Source of the DNA: Escherichia phage HermannAdler_Bas98
Length of the DNA: 64,000 nucleotides
Sequence record: PQ850608.1
Strand: one strand, 5' to 3'
The notes under the pieces: generated by a model
Told to the model about the DNA's origin: nothing
What the model saw: only the letters and a program-made list of their open reading frames with translations
Databases searched by the model: none
Part shown: positions 20,754 to 31,063 of the stretch, in pieces
Layout: each line of letters opens with the position of its first letter
How positions within the stretch are numbered: the first letter of the stretch is position 1
Made by a program: the position numbers and the translations under genes

Positions 20754-21275
20754 ATGAGAAAGAATAAAGTAATTGAGTTGTTTGGAGTTACTTATGAAAT
20801 ACATCAATTCAGCGCAATAGATGCGTTTGAAATGGTTGATGCGATAAGCATATTAACTCCACTTGAATTATTAAGTGAATGTCATGTTATTAAATATGAC
20901 GGAACTAAAGTCAGGTTGAATTCTGAGAAGGCCATCAGTGAAGAAGTGAAAAGTGTGCCAAATCACTTGCCGCCCAACCTTGTATTGAAAGTTCTAATGG
21001 AAGCGGTAAAGAAGCACAATTTTGGATTCCTCAGTGATTGGAAAGGCACTAAGATTCCAAATAGATTCTTGGCTGATGTTCCGACCGTAGAGCCTAATTA
21101 TCTTGAGCCGATGGTTGCAAGCCTAATAAACAATGGTCTTGCTTCGTTAAAAGAATTGGAAGAATATTATTCATTGCGTGATGCATTCGCTATGTTTGAT
21201 GGACTAATAGCAAAATCACTTAATGAAGCCTACTCAAACGAAGCTGCCATTAAAGAATCAAAGTCAAATCGCTAA
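20754..21275 (+). CDS. Hypothetical protein
   Basis: 173-aa ORF, ATG start. Confidence 0.45.
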   Translation: MRKNKVIELFGVTYEIHQFSAIDAFEMVDAISILTPLELLSECHVIKYDGTKVRLNSEKAISEEVKSVPNHLPPNLVLKVLMEAVKKHNFGFLSDWKGTKIPNRFLADVPTVEPNYLEPMVASLINNGLASLKELEEYYSLRDAFAMFDGLIAKSLNEAYSNEAAIKESKSNR

Positions 21276-21279
21276 AATA

Positions 21280-21308
21280 TTGCTTATAGACTCCTTATAG
21301 ATTATAAT
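21280..21308 (+). promoter_or_regulatory. Sigma70-like promoter TTGCTT-N17-TATAAT with inverted repeat overlapping downstream RBS
   Basis: -35 TTGCTT 21280-21285, -10 TATAAT 21303-21308; inverted repeat AGACTCCTTATA / TATAAGGAGTCT pairs promoter spacer with the AAGGAG RBS of the next gene. Confidence 0.5.
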
Positions 21309-21332
21309 TTGTTGATCAGATATAAGGAGTCT

Positions 21333-22061
21333 ATGATGGCAGAAAAGTTAACCCAACTTACAAGCCCCAACCAAACTGACAAATCAAGTATGTTTGCCGC
21401 GCTGCAGGGAATGCTGGACCGTGGCAAGTATACCACTGACGGCATGATTCCTGCACAAGTAATATCTTATGACCGCAAACAGAATTTAGCAGTCATAAAG
21501 CCTGTTATTCATTTCGTAAGTCTTGATGATAAACCAGTGGAGCGTCAACCACTGGTGTCAATTCCTGTATTGGCAATCGGCGGCGGCGGCTTCGTAATCA
21601 ACTTTCCTCTGAAAGAGGGTGATTTGGGCTGGATATTCGCTGGCGACCGCGAGTTGTCGACATTCCTTGAAGAATTGAAGCCGACCGCGCCTACCAATGG
21701 CCGCGCGAAAACTTTCGCTGATGGACTGTTCATACCGGATGTATTTCGAAAATACACCATAAGCGGAGAGGATGCAGGCTCAATGGTGATCCAGTCACTC
21801 AGCGGCGCTGTCCGCATTGCATTAAGTGATGACTCGATAAACATAACTGCATCGGCTGGAGTAAATGTGAAAACACCAATAACCACTATCGACCAACAAT
21901 TGATAGTTAATGGAAAGGCAACGTTCAATGGTGGTATAGAAGGGAAAGAAGGAACGACGGCAACGCTTCCGACTGGTACAACAATCGGCGGCACAAATGT
22001 ATCCACTCACGGTCACATAGGTAACGGACCTGGAAACAGAACTGGGGATATGATAGAATGA
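21333..22061 (+). CDS. Baseplate spike / gpV-like protein (putative)
   Basis: Start at Met9 behind RBS AAGGAG; Gly-rich beta-type sequence; position upstream of J-like gene. Confidence 0.45.
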   Translation: MMAEKLTQLTSPNQTDKSSMFAALQGMLDRGKYTTDGMIPAQVISYDRKQNLAVIKPVIHFVSLDDKPVERQPLVSIPVLAIGGGGFVINFPLKEGDLGWIFAGDRELSTFLEELKPTAPTNGRAKTFADGLFIPDVFRKYTISGEDAGSMVIQSLSGAVRIALSDDSINITASAGVNVKTPITTIDQQLIVNGKATFNGGIEGKEGTTATLPTGTTIGGTNVSTHGHIGNGPGNRTGDMIE

Positions 22062-23329
22062 GTGCACAATATTCTTACATAGTAAGCACTGGTGTAATAA
22101 CCATCGACACAGCCGATTTGCTGGCTGACGTTCAAAGTGAATGGATTGAGTCATTAGGGGTCGGGCTTGACGTTGATGCCTCGACACCGCAAGGCACCCT
22201 AATCGCGACAGAGACTTTGGCAAGAACTTCAGTCATGAAGAACAACGCCGAGCTGGGAAGTCTCATCAACCCTAATTATTCATATGGCGTATACCTTGAT
22301 GCCATCGCGGCATTGCTTGGTATTGAGCGAACGAAAAACATCAGCACGATGTTGAAAGGAATTACCGCAGAAGGAACGCCGCTGTTGGAAATTCCTGCTG
22401 GAAGTTTGCTGACGGATTCAAACGGTACATACTGGTATGTTCTTGAAGACGTTCAAATCACTTCGACTGGCAAGACAAGCAATATGACTCTTGCATCAAA
22501 AGAGTATGGCTCATTTACTGTTGCACCTGATGAAGAGTTTACCGTGGTGCAAGGATATGACGTCATCGGATGGTCAAGAACGTATTCAACATCAGCAACG
22601 ACGACCGTACCAGGTACGCAATACATGGGCGACGGAGCGTTAAAGGCCGCTCGCGTTAAGCGCCTTTACCAGCAGGGAATTGCATCGCTTGGTGCTATTC
22701 GCGCTCGCGCCATGTCGGTCGACGGCGTGGAATCGGTGATGGTCGTAGAGAACGACACGGGATTGCCTGGAACGGTGCGCGGCATCACCTTTTCAACGCC
22801 TAACGGTGTCTGGGTGTGCGCAAGCGGAACGTTCGATAAGCAAGTCTTTGCTGAGACTATTTTCAAGGCAAAGATGGGTGGCCAGCCGTGGGACTTTGGT
22901 GCTACCAACCAGGGTGATCCAGTCAACTCGCCTGATGGAATAGAAGTTGTCGACGAAGAATCGCAACTGTCTTATTTCGTAAAGTTCAACACTGCTGTCA
23001 TATATGACTTGTATGTCGATATTACTGTTGTAAGAGGCACCGCAACCGCCGATGCCGAATCTATTATTGCCGCTGTGTTGAATTACGGTAATGGAAATTT
23101 TAACGGCGAGCAAGGATATGCAGTGGGCCAATCTCAATCTTCTTTTGAGATTGCTTCAGCAGTGTCTTGCGAGTATCCAGGTCTGTACATCAAAGATTGC
23201 AAAATTGCAGCAGTAAAAAGCGGACAGGCAGCGCCAAATTATCCATCCGATTACGGCAGCGAGTGGATTGCCAACCCTTGGGATAAGGCGAATACTATGC
23301 GCGGCTTCATCAACGTTAAATTTGTGTGA
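22058..23329 (+). CDS. Baseplate J-like protein (putative)
   Basis: 423 aa, coupled to upstream gene, upstream of tail fibre genes. Confidence 0.5.
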   Translation: MSAQYSYIVSTGVITIDTADLLADVQSEWIESLGVGLDVDASTPQGTLIATETLARTSVMKNNAELGSLINPNYSYGVYLDAIAALLGIERTKNISTMLKGITAEGTPLLEIPAGSLLTDSNGTYWYVLEDVQITSTGKTSNMTLASKEYGSFTVAPDEEFTVVQGYDVIGWSRTYSTSATTTVPGTQYMGDGALKAARVKRLYQQGIASLGAIRARAMSVDGVESVMVVENDTGLPGTVRGITFSTPNGVWVCASGTFDKQVFAETIFKAKMGGQPWDFGATNQGDPVNSPDGIEVVDEESQLSYFVKFNTAVIYDLYVDITVVRGTATADAESIIAAVLNYGNGNFNGEQGYAVGQSQSSFEIASAVSCEYPGLYIKDCKIAAVKSGQAAPNYPSDYGSEWIANPWDKANTMRGFINVKFV

Positions 23330-23335
23330 GGAACT

Positions 23336-26074
23336 ATGCAAAAGTTTGACACAAACCTGTTGCAAAACCTTAAGTGGATGCAGAACAATGCACCAAACAT
23401 TACATCTTTGGTGCAAAAGAAAAGTGACTGGTATGAAAGATACCAAGATCAGTTTTGGACTGACTGGTACAATAACATTTTTAACATTGACACTTGTGAT
23501 GCAATGGGCATTTATATTTGGTGCGACATTCTTTGCATACCAAGAGACTTTGTGGACTTAAGCAATTATGAGCACAACTGGGCGTTTGGACCGACGCGCG
23601 ACAACTTTGAAGGTGCGGACAACATCGGCGGCAACTTCTTTGGTGCTGGCGGGAAGGTTGTAAAGAATATCGAAGAAGCGCGCATACTTCTTAAGCTTCG
23701 TTATCTGACGCTTACAAGTGATGGTCGCATCGAAAGTATCAACCGCATGCTTAAGTGGATTTTCAACCGTGGAGAGGCTTGGGATTACTCTTCATCACGC
23801 TACGCATACGTGACCGACAACACTCAAGGTGCGGTGTCTTCATCTGAATCAACAAATGGATCATTCCTTCTATACGACTGGCAGGGGTCGACTGAGATTC
23901 AGCACGATTATAAGCAGATACTTTTAAGCCATGGCAACAACGCCGGACTGACTATCAGCGGAGTGTCAGGCACCGTGTCACGGATGGCGCACCCAGATTG
24001 GTACTCATGGGGGAATGGTTCCGGCACAGGTCTTGTCGGCGGCGACACCAGACAGTATGGTGGGCCTGATTACTATGGGCAGTTGTGTGGTGATTACCCA
24101 GGCGAGGCCATAGAGAATTTTGCCAACGCAGTAAGGGTCATCAAGACGGCTTCAAGCGGTGATCCTGTGTATTCTTTGGCCAATAATCCAAGTGCCAAAT
24201 CAATTTCGCTTCCTTCGCAGGCTGGCGTCAACGTTTGCTATAGCTTCTACATAAAGGTGCTTTCTGAAAATGTCGCTTCTGTTTCTGTTACAGAGAATAG
24301 TGATGCATCGAGTAATGGAAAGCTGTTTGACCCCGTCACTGGCCAGTTCAACTTGGACCCGTCATTGAGTTATTTCATCAAAGGCAAATTCGATGGAGTA
24401 AGAAGGGAATCAAACCGTGGTGGCATAAAAGCAATTGGCGGCGATTGGTATCGAATCTGGATTGTAGAGCAGACGGCAACCGCTGCTTCTGGAGTAAGTA
24501 CCAGCTTTTCAATAGAGTTGAAGGCGACTGCCGCTGGATCAACTCAAACTCGTGAATTGCCTGAAGGGTCTGATGCTCTTTTGTTTGGATACTCGATTTG
24601 CGTCTGCGACCCTGTTCAGAATCCAAATGGACCTGAGCCTTATTTTTATGGAACGCAAAACCCTCCTTCTGACGGAACAGCAATCCTGTCTGTAACGGCG
24701 GGAACACTCAATAACATCTCCTGTGCAAACGGACCGCTGACGACAAGAAACGGTGTGGTTGGCGAGTCATTCATGCAACCTGGCTCATCACTTGCATACT
24801 CTGGCTCAATCGGTGGCTACCCGTACCCAGGGAACGCCACGCTGATTGCAGAGACTGATGGAATCAGACGCTCATGGAACGTTAGCAGGCTGGATGGAGT
24901 ACCGCCGCCGCCGACCGCCGACTATTACATGGAATACGTCATCGGACCTTATTTCGCCAACAACCTGTCTGACAACTTTAAGACGCTAGTTGGCGACAGG
25001 AATGAAGGATTCTTGCCAGCAAATGCCGGAATACGTTGGCAGCTTTACCAAGAAGTCGCAGACTTATCTGATATTGATTTGACCGTCAGCAACATAACAG
25101 ACACGCGAGTAGGATTCGAAACGGAAGGTGTCGCATGGATTAACACTGACGGCATCATCAGAGTTGGCGGCATTAACGAGTGGCCGCTGAACAACTTCAA
25201 CGGTGTGATACGCCAGCTTGAATCTTTGAAAGGTGTAAACCAGGTCGTCGACGGCGCACTTGTCAACGACTATTCAATCTCAAAAGCATCAAGAGATGAC
25301 TTTGGTCGTGAAATACCACGCGCGCCAATCACTAACTATTGGCGCTACACACAGCCAAATGACGGTACATCTTTTGGCAATATCATTGAGGATGGCGCAA
25401 ACACTGTCACAGCGACGCCAATCAGCGGTGCGCCCAACCAGTTCCCATCATTCAAGCTTTCCGCTACAATAGGGACTGTGCCAGCATCCGGTTATGCACG
25501 CGCTGTGCTTGCTACTAAATACACTGGCACCCTGACTGGCCCTTTGTCATTTATCGCAATAGTCAAAAACAACACGGTTAACGGTCAAAAACTTTTTGTA
25601 ACTGTACCGGATGGGATGGGTGGCTATATCCCTAAATTCTACAACATAGGCGCAGGTGATTTGCAACGTATCGAAATTGACCTTGCCGCTGAGATTGTTG
25701 AAGGCGCTACCTGGGATGGATCAACAGGCGGCATCAGCATCGGTTTGATATCAGGGAAAGACTTGCCGACCGAAGTTGGTACGACTCTTGAACTTGATAT
25801 TTTAAGCTTGATGCTTGTGTCTGGTAGTACGATGAATGCGCTTGCAATTTCAACAAGCGAAGATTTTGCAAAGAAAACTGCGACTTCTATATACATCAAA
25901 AACCCAGGATCACTTGCCACTGGAGTTCAATTGATTGCTTCTAATGGTGATGTTGTAGCAACAGTAAACTTTCCGAGAAGTGCTGCTGGTGGTTATGTTT
26001 CAAGCATGAACATAACTGACTTAACTGGTGATTGGGCATCAACCCTTTTATCAAAAATTAAATACATCGTGTAG
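23336..26074 (+). CDS. Tail fibre protein (large)
   Basis: 912 aa, Gly/Ser/Thr/Asn-rich, downstream of baseplate genes. Confidence 0.55.
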   Translation: MQKFDTNLLQNLKWMQNNAPNITSLVQKKSDWYERYQDQFWTDWYNNIFNIDTCDAMGIYIWCDILCIPRDFVDLSNYEHNWAFGPTRDNFEGADNIGGNFFGAGGKVVKNIEEARILLKLRYLTLTSDGRIESINRMLKWIFNRGEAWDYSSSRYAYVTDNTQGAVSSSESTNGSFLLYDWQGSTEIQHDYKQILLSHGNNAGLTISGVSGTVSRMAHPDWYSWGNGSGTGLVGGDTRQYGGPDYYGQLCGDYPGEAIENFANAVRVIKTASSGDPVYSLANNPSAKSISLPSQAGVNVCYSFYIKVLSENVASVSVTENSDASSNGKLFDPVTGQFNLDPSLSYFIKGKFDGVRRESNRGGIKAIGGDWYRIWIVEQTATAASGVSTSFSIELKATAAGSTQTRELPEGSDALLFGYSICVCDPVQNPNGPEPYFYGTQNPPSDGTAILSVTAGTLNNISCANGPLTTRNGVVGESFMQPGSSLAYSGSIGGYPYPGNATLIAETDGIRRSWNVSRLDGVPPPPTADYYMEYVIGPYFANNLSDNFKTLVGDRNEGFLPANAGIRWQLYQEVADLSDIDLTVSNITDTRVGFETEGVAWINTDGIIRVGGINEWPLNNFNGVIRQLESLKGVNQVVDGALVNDYSISKASRDDFGREIPRAPITNYWRYTQPNDGTSFGNIIEDGANTVTATPISGAPNQFPSFKLSATIGTVPASGYARAVLATKYTGTLTGPLSFIAIVKNNTVNGQKLFVTVPDGMGGYIPKFYNIGAGDLQRIEIDLAAEIVEGATWDGSTGGISIGLISGKDLPTEVGTTLELDILSLMLVSGSTMNALAISTSEDFAKKTATSIYIKNPGSLATGVQLIASNGDVVATVNFPRSAAGGYVSSMNITDLTGDWASTLLSKIKYIV

Positions 26075-26084
26075 AGGAACGGCA

Positions 26085-27872
26085 ATGCCAACACTTATTA
26101 ACAGACCTTTCGCGCAAAGCGGTGATGTATCCGTGGTGCCGGATGCAAGCCCAAGCGGTTATGTGAACTTCCAGCGCGGCTACACCCCTGACTATGCACT
26201 TGCGCTGGAAGCCGGAAACGTCGCTGCGAAAGCAGTTGAACGTGAGTCGATGAACTGGTTGCTGAATCTGATCACCGACAACCTTATGTTCATCCAGGAC
26301 CACGGCGCTCAACAGTATTTCTCGTCTGACTTGAAGCCAGATGGATACCCGAAAAATGCCATCGTTGTCAGCAACTCTGGCACCCCTTCAGCGCCTGAAT
26401 GGCGCATTTTCCAGAGCGTGGTTGACGGCAACACCAGCGCAGTACCAGCTAACGGCGAAACGGAATCTTGGCAAGAATTGACGCTGCCTAGCGAAGCGCG
26501 AAAATATATTCCTATGCCTGCTGGCGGCGATGCGCAAAACCCGTATTTTGTTCGCGGACTGATTTCAAACTTTGTGGACTTTGATAATATCACGACTTCC
26601 ACAACTATTGTTATTCAATCTGACGCAGTCGCCGCTCTATGCTCTAACATCCCGAACGCGGTTGGTGCGACGAAGGTTGCAGGTCGTCTACAGGTTTGCG
26701 CTTGGCAGGTTGATGCGCAGACTTTCGCCCTGCAACAATACACGTCAATGAACGGATATGTTTTCACCCGCTCTTATACGTCTGGTGCTTGGAGTGCTTG
26801 GATTCAAAATGCAACTGTTCAAGACGTGCAAATCGGCACGCCGAATCTTGCATCAGGTAAAGGCGCACAAGATATAATCCTTACCGTTCCGGCAGGTTAT
26901 GCATGGCCGCCGTCAGCAGGTAGTCGCCTGACAATTGTCAATGATGTAACGACTACCGGACCTGTTACCGTGACCATTGGTGCAAACAAAGTTGCAGTCC
27001 TTGGATTCGACGGCGGCGAGCTGCCAGCAGGGTCCATCGTCGGCCTTCTTCCTTTTACTATTATTTATGACGGCACCGTTTGGCGTCTTCTTCAAGCATT
27101 CGGCGCGGCGCAAATCGGTGTCGATGCTAGTGAGCCGCAACAGTTTGTTACAAAGCGCCAACTCGATGCTCTGGCCGCGAAGTTGATCACTATGGGTGAT
27201 GTGTTCGAAGTCGGTGAGACTCGATTCTTGACTAATGGCACCAACCCAAATACTAAACTGGGCGCTTACGGTCAGGTATGGACCAGATTGCCTGATAACA
27301 TGGTCATCAGGACGTCTGGCACGGCAAGAAACGGTCTTGACACTGGAGGTGCAGACTCTGTTACTCTTACTGCCGCCATGCTTCCTCTGCACAATCACAG
27401 CGTGAACATAACTACGCGACAAAGTGGTCCATGGTCCAATACCACTGGAGACGCAGGCAACCATAACCACACAGGCGATACCAGTCAAAACGGTGCTCAC
27501 GTGCACGGAATGGATTCAGCAGGTAACCACCACCATGACAGTAGCTGGGGTGAAGCAAATACGAATGATGCGCGGTATGGCGTGTATGATGGGACGCACA
27601 ACAACTTCGGAAGTCGAAAGGGCGGCGACTGGGACAACTATAAATACAACACCTCAACTAACGGCAACCACGTTCACAATATTCAATCTTCTGGGTCACA
27701 CACTCATGGGTTGAATATAAATTACGCTGGCAATCACAGCCATGGATATACCCTCCCCGCTCACACTCACGATGTGGTCGGTAACACTGGCGATGCAGGG
27801 CAGTCCGTCCCAACGGCTGTTTCAACTCTGCCGCGATATGTCGTCTTGAACGGCTGGTACAGAAGCGCATAA
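26085..27872 (+). CDS. Tail fibre protein with C-terminal His-x-His repeats
   Basis: Start at Met20 behind RBS AGAGGA; C-terminal region has repeated HxH motifs (HNHSVN, HNHTGD, HVHGMD, NHHHD, HVHNIQ, HTHGLN, HSHGYT, HTHDV) like metal-coordinating fibre tips. Confidence 0.6.
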   Translation: MPTLINRPFAQSGDVSVVPDASPSGYVNFQRGYTPDYALALEAGNVAAKAVERESMNWLLNLITDNLMFIQDHGAQQYFSSDLKPDGYPKNAIVVSNSGTPSAPEWRIFQSVVDGNTSAVPANGETESWQELTLPSEARKYIPMPAGGDAQNPYFVRGLISNFVDFDNITTSTTIVIQSDAVAALCSNIPNAVGATKVAGRLQVCAWQVDAQTFALQQYTSMNGYVFTRSYTSGAWSAWIQNATVQDVQIGTPNLASGKGAQDIILTVPAGYAWPPSAGSRLTIVNDVTTTGPVTVTIGANKVAVLGFDGGELPAGSIVGLLPFTIIYDGTVWRLLQAFGAAQIGVDASEPQQFVTKRQLDALAAKLITMGDVFEVGETRFLTNGTNPNTKLGAYGQVWTRLPDNMVIRTSGTARNGLDTGGADSVTLTAAMLPLHNHSVNITTRQSGPWSNTTGDAGNHNHTGDTSQNGAHVHGMDSAGNHHHDSSWGEANTNDARYGVYDGTHNNFGSRKGGDWDNYKYNTSTNGNHVHNIQSSGSHTHGLNINYAGNHSHGYTLPAHTHDVVGNTGDAGQSVPTAVSTLPRYVVLNGWYRSA

Positions 27873-27880
27873 GGTGATTT

Positions 27881-28525
27881 ATGATTAATGCAAACGTAAT
27901 ATCTAAAGGGACCGGATGCAGCATGGATGTTGCTGAAAAATGGGTCGACCCCTTCAAGCAGGCTTGTGAGCACTACGGAATCAAAAGCAAGAATGCCATC
28001 GCTGCGCTGCTTGCAAACGTAGGAGTGGAAACAGGCAGTCTGAAGACCTTTGTGGAAAACCTGAATTATTCCGCTCAAGGTCTTGCTAATACGTGGCCTA
28101 GCCGTTACAGCGCCAGCGGTCGTTTCGGTGGCGCACCAAACTCCTTGGCATTGTCGATTGCCCGTAAACCAATGGAAATCGCCAATAATACATATGCAAA
28201 CCGAATGGGAAATGGTTCGGTAGCATCTGGCGACGGTTGGAAGTACCGTGGCCGTGGTGCCATTCAGCTGACTGGAAAGGATAACTATGCAGAGTATTCA
28301 AAGCAATCAGGGTATGACGCATTGAATAACCCTGACATTTTGACTGAGCCGAAATACATTGCTGACAGCGCGGCATGGTTCTTCAAGAACAGCGGTTGCA
28401 TTCCACTTGCCGATGCGGGCGCATTTGATTCGACCGTGAAGCGGATTAACGGGGCCGCGCCAAATACGGCTAACCATGGGGATTTGCGACGGAAGCGTTA
28501 CAAGGAAGCACTAGCAGTTATGTAA
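27881..28525 (+). CDS. Endolysin, GH19 chitinase-like lysozyme
   Basis: Signature YRGRGAIQLTGKDNY typical of glycoside hydrolase family 19 muramidases; 214 aa. Confidence 0.8.
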   Translation: MINANVISKGTGCSMDVAEKWVDPFKQACEHYGIKSKNAIAALLANVGVETGSLKTFVENLNYSAQGLANTWPSRYSASGRFGGAPNSLALSIARKPMEIANNTYANRMGNGSVASGDGWKYRGRGAIQLTGKDNYAEYSKQSGYDALNNPDILTEPKYIADSAAWFFKNSGCIPLADAGAFDSTVKRINGAAPNTANHGDLRRKRYKEALAVM

Positions 28526-28526
28526 G

Positions 28527-28558
28527 AAAAGGCCCATATGGGCCTTTGTTTATTTTAC
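28527..28558. terminator. Bidirectional rho-independent terminator between convergent blocks
   Basis: AAAAGGCCCATATGGGCCTTTGTTTATTTT: perfect GC-rich stem flanked by A-run and T-run. Confidence 0.75.
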
Positions 28559-28762
28559 GGCTTCAACCTGGACGGGCGGCGCGGAACTTGTATCGATGTC
28601 TGGCAAGTCGAAGTAATACCCCGCCATGCCAATCACGCCAACAATCGCGGCCCGTGCCACCTTGTTGCTAATTGACTCCCCAATAAGCTTTACCAACAGG
28701 GACAAGATTTGAGACGTCAAAGCCTTTTTCAGCCTTTTGTTTTCTTCCAAATCTTTCTGCAT
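28550..28762 (-). CDS. Small membrane protein (holin candidate, weak)
   Basis: About 70 aa from Met7 of track ORF; one hydrophobic segment (ARAAIVGVIGMAGYYF); convergent with endolysin. Confidence 0.3.
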   Translation of the reverse strand: MQKDLEENKRLKKALTSQILSLLVKLIGESISNKVARAAIVGVIGMAGYYFDLPDIDTSSAPPVQVEAVK

Positions 28763-28776
28763 AACTACCACCCATG

Positions 28777-29319
28777 TCAACGCACATCCTGTGTCTTAAC
28801 ATTACCTGAAGCATCTCTTAATGGCAGTGGATAGTAGGCCATTTGGTAGTCTGATACGCCTTCAACATGATAAAACACGATTACGTCTTTGCTGTTGATG
28901 AGCATGTTAACGACATCTGATTTATCTTCTGGAGTGAGTATGAGTGCGCCGCCTGTCCTGCTGTCTACTGCAACAGGGTATGTCTTATCGACAAGGCCGC
29001 TGTCCAATGTATTATACCTGACAACGATTTCAGGGGCATCAACTTTTGCAATTGACATTCCGAACACAAACGACACGACTTGGCGACCGCGATCATTCAT
29101 TACGCACATCTTTTCCTTGTCAAACCTTTCCTTTATCACATCGTATTTATTCCAGCAAAATTCGAACGATTGGCCGTTGTTAAAATATCTCGTTAACACT
29201 TTGGCATTACTATTTGGCGGCGTAAACATACTTTCAGCCGCTGCACTTTTGGTGAAGAACAAAACTGTCAGCATAGCCATGATGATGATCAAAACAATCT
29301 TTAAGTTTTTCGATTTCAT
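28777..29319 (-). CDS. Secreted / periplasmic protein with signal peptide
   Basis: N-terminus MKSKNLKIVLIIIMAMLTVLFFTKSAAAES is a classic signal peptide; 180 aa. Confidence 0.5.
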   Translation of the reverse strand: MKSKNLKIVLIIIMAMLTVLFFTKSAAAESMFTPPNSNAKVLTRYFNNGQSFEFCWNKYDVIKERFDKEKMCVMNDRGRQVVSFVFGMSIAKVDAPEIVVRYNTLDSGLVDKTYPVAVDSRTGGALILTPEDKSDVVNMLINSKDVIVFYHVEGVSDYQMAYYPLPLRDASGNVKTQDVR

Positions 29320-29396
29320 TATAATTCACCTTTTGATTACGAATATTAATAGTATAGGCCGAAGGTTTTGAAAGTAAATAAGGCGAAAGGTAAATA

Positions 29397-29424
29397 AAAG
29401 AAAAGCCGGAGATTTCCGGCTTTA
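29397..29424 (-). terminator. Rho-independent terminator for minus-strand operon
   Basis: AGCCGGAGATTTCCGGCT hairpin with T-run on minus strand (A-run on plus). Confidence 0.6.
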
Positions 29425-29495
29425 TGTATACACTGTATATTAAATTCTATAAAACGACGCGATAGATTATCCGCACCAATTACTTATCTAGTGTC

Positions 29496-30470
29496 TTAAA
29501 AATACTCCATATCGGTAATATCACGGAAGCATTTATACAAAGCAGAGCGCGGCACGTCGACGATGCCAAAGTTAAAGAATTTATACGTTAGGTATTTATC
29601 GCGATAGTTCTCGCGATTCTCCCAAAGCATTTTACGCTCTGCCATAGGCATTGAACCAGCGGAGACGCGGAAAGGAATCATTTCACCTTTCTCATCCACA
29701 TATTTTGGATTGACGACTACGAATGAGCCAAGGTATCCTTTCGCAACTAAACCTTCAGCCTCTTTTGAACGCTTGGTGCGACCCAATTCGTCAATGAATG
29801 CTTCGTTGTTGTTCTCCATCATCTCAACGAAGTCTATGATCAACCCTTCTTCATCGGTCCACGGCTTGTCCTTCCACACATCACGTGACTTCGGCGTCGC
29901 GCGGCCATGCTTATATTTGCCCGTCCAAGACTTGCCATACAAGCCTTCATAGCCAAGCTGGTCTGCTTCGATTTGCATTGCCGCGTACTGGTCCATATTT
30001 TCGATGTTGCGATATTCGAGAGCGCGAAGGAATGGACGTCGGCCATGGTCAATGAGATGTTGATTGACCTCAGCAACACGTCGATTGTACTTCTCATAAC
30101 GGGCCGAGAATGGCAAATCAGGTTCGCTAAAGTCATCAAACACCCACCATGTAAAGTTAGTGATTGCATCAGTGTTCATGCATGCAGTATAGGCCTGTTG
30201 CATGACGTTCTTGTCATTTGGATTGCCGTCGATTAGCTCTCCATCAAGTCCGTGAATTAATTCACCCAAGAAGAGGAACTCTTTTTTGATTTGAATGTTG
30301 CGCAGCGCCATGCCGGACGTGCCCATTGGCAAGTTGTCATACGCCATTGCGCGTATGCCATCGACCTTGAATGACAATCCGCAAGGCAGCGGCACGTCTT
30401 CGCCGCGCTCGATTATTTGCTTACGCTGGCAACCCTTCATTGGTTTTAATGCTTTGATTTCTCCTGCCAT
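29496..30470 (-). CDS. ATP-dependent DNA ligase
   Basis: Adenylation motif I KVDGIR (FKVDGIRAMAY); start at ATG behind RBS AAGGAG; about 324 aa. Confidence 0.8.
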   Translation of the reverse strand: MAGEIKALKPMKGCQRKQIIERGEDVPLPCGLSFKVDGIRAMAYDNLPMGTSGMALRNIQIKKEFLFLGELIHGLDGELIDGNPNDKNVMQQAYTACMNTDAITNFTWWVFDDFSEPDLPFSARYEKYNRRVAEVNQHLIDHGRRPFLRALEYRNIENMDQYAAMQIEADQLGYEGLYGKSWTGKYKHGRATPKSRDVWKDKPWTDEEGLIIDFVEMMENNNEAFIDELGRTKRSKEAEGLVAKGYLGSFVVVNPKYVDEKGEMIPFRVSAGSMPMAERKMLWENRENYRDKYLTYKFFNFGIVDVPRSALYKCFRDITDMEYF

Positions 30471-31063
30471 CACTCAAACTCCTTATTCATCACTTGTTCC
30501 AGCGCATAGGCGTAATCCTGATCAGTCGATTTGATAAACGTGCCGTTGTACATGACGCCTTTGCGGTCTTTGATGTCTTCGTAGGCAGCTTGCGCACAGT
30601 CGGATAAGCGAAGGCCATAATCATGAGCTACGCCGGAAAGGTAATCGACTGCGGCCATGATGGTGACGTCAATATCCATGGTTTGATTCTTGGCAATAGC
30701 ATCACCAAGTCGTCCAAGGGTCTTTGCCAGGCGAAGGATAAATGAATGAGGGTGAGCGCCTTTATCAGCGCAACCGCCGCCATTAATGTTTTCGATTTCA
30801 GCACCGTTTTGCGCTGCCAGGATGGTCAACACAACAAGGCAATCGCCAATGTCGTCCTTAATTGCAGCTTGCAAGTCACAGATGGCCTGCTCTGTATATC
30901 CAATTTCAGGGTCGAAGAACACAAGGTCATGGAGTTGATCAACGTGGTCGGTTAACTCCCCAAACTCGCTGATAAGCTTCGGGTATTGGTCCTTAAGGTC
31001 GCAACCTTGGATGATGTTACGGTCAGAAGCCCACTGGCGAATGTTTGCATAAATCTGTTTCAT
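30470..31063 (-). CDS. MazG-like nucleotide pyrophosphohydrolase (putative)
   Basis: All-alpha character with EFGEL and DIGDCLVVL motifs resembling MazG EExGE / GDxL signatures; ATGA overlap with ligase. Confidence 0.5.
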   Translation of the reverse strand: MKQIYANIRQWASDRNIIQGCDLKDQYPKLISEFGELTDHVDQLHDLVFFDPEIGYTEQAICDLQAAIKDDIGDCLVVLTILAAQNGAEIENINGGGCADKGAHPHSFILRLAKTLGRLGDAIAKNQTMDIDVTIMAAVDYLSGVAHDYGLRLSDCAQAAYEDIKDRKGVMYNGTFIKSTDQDYAYALEQVMNKEFE

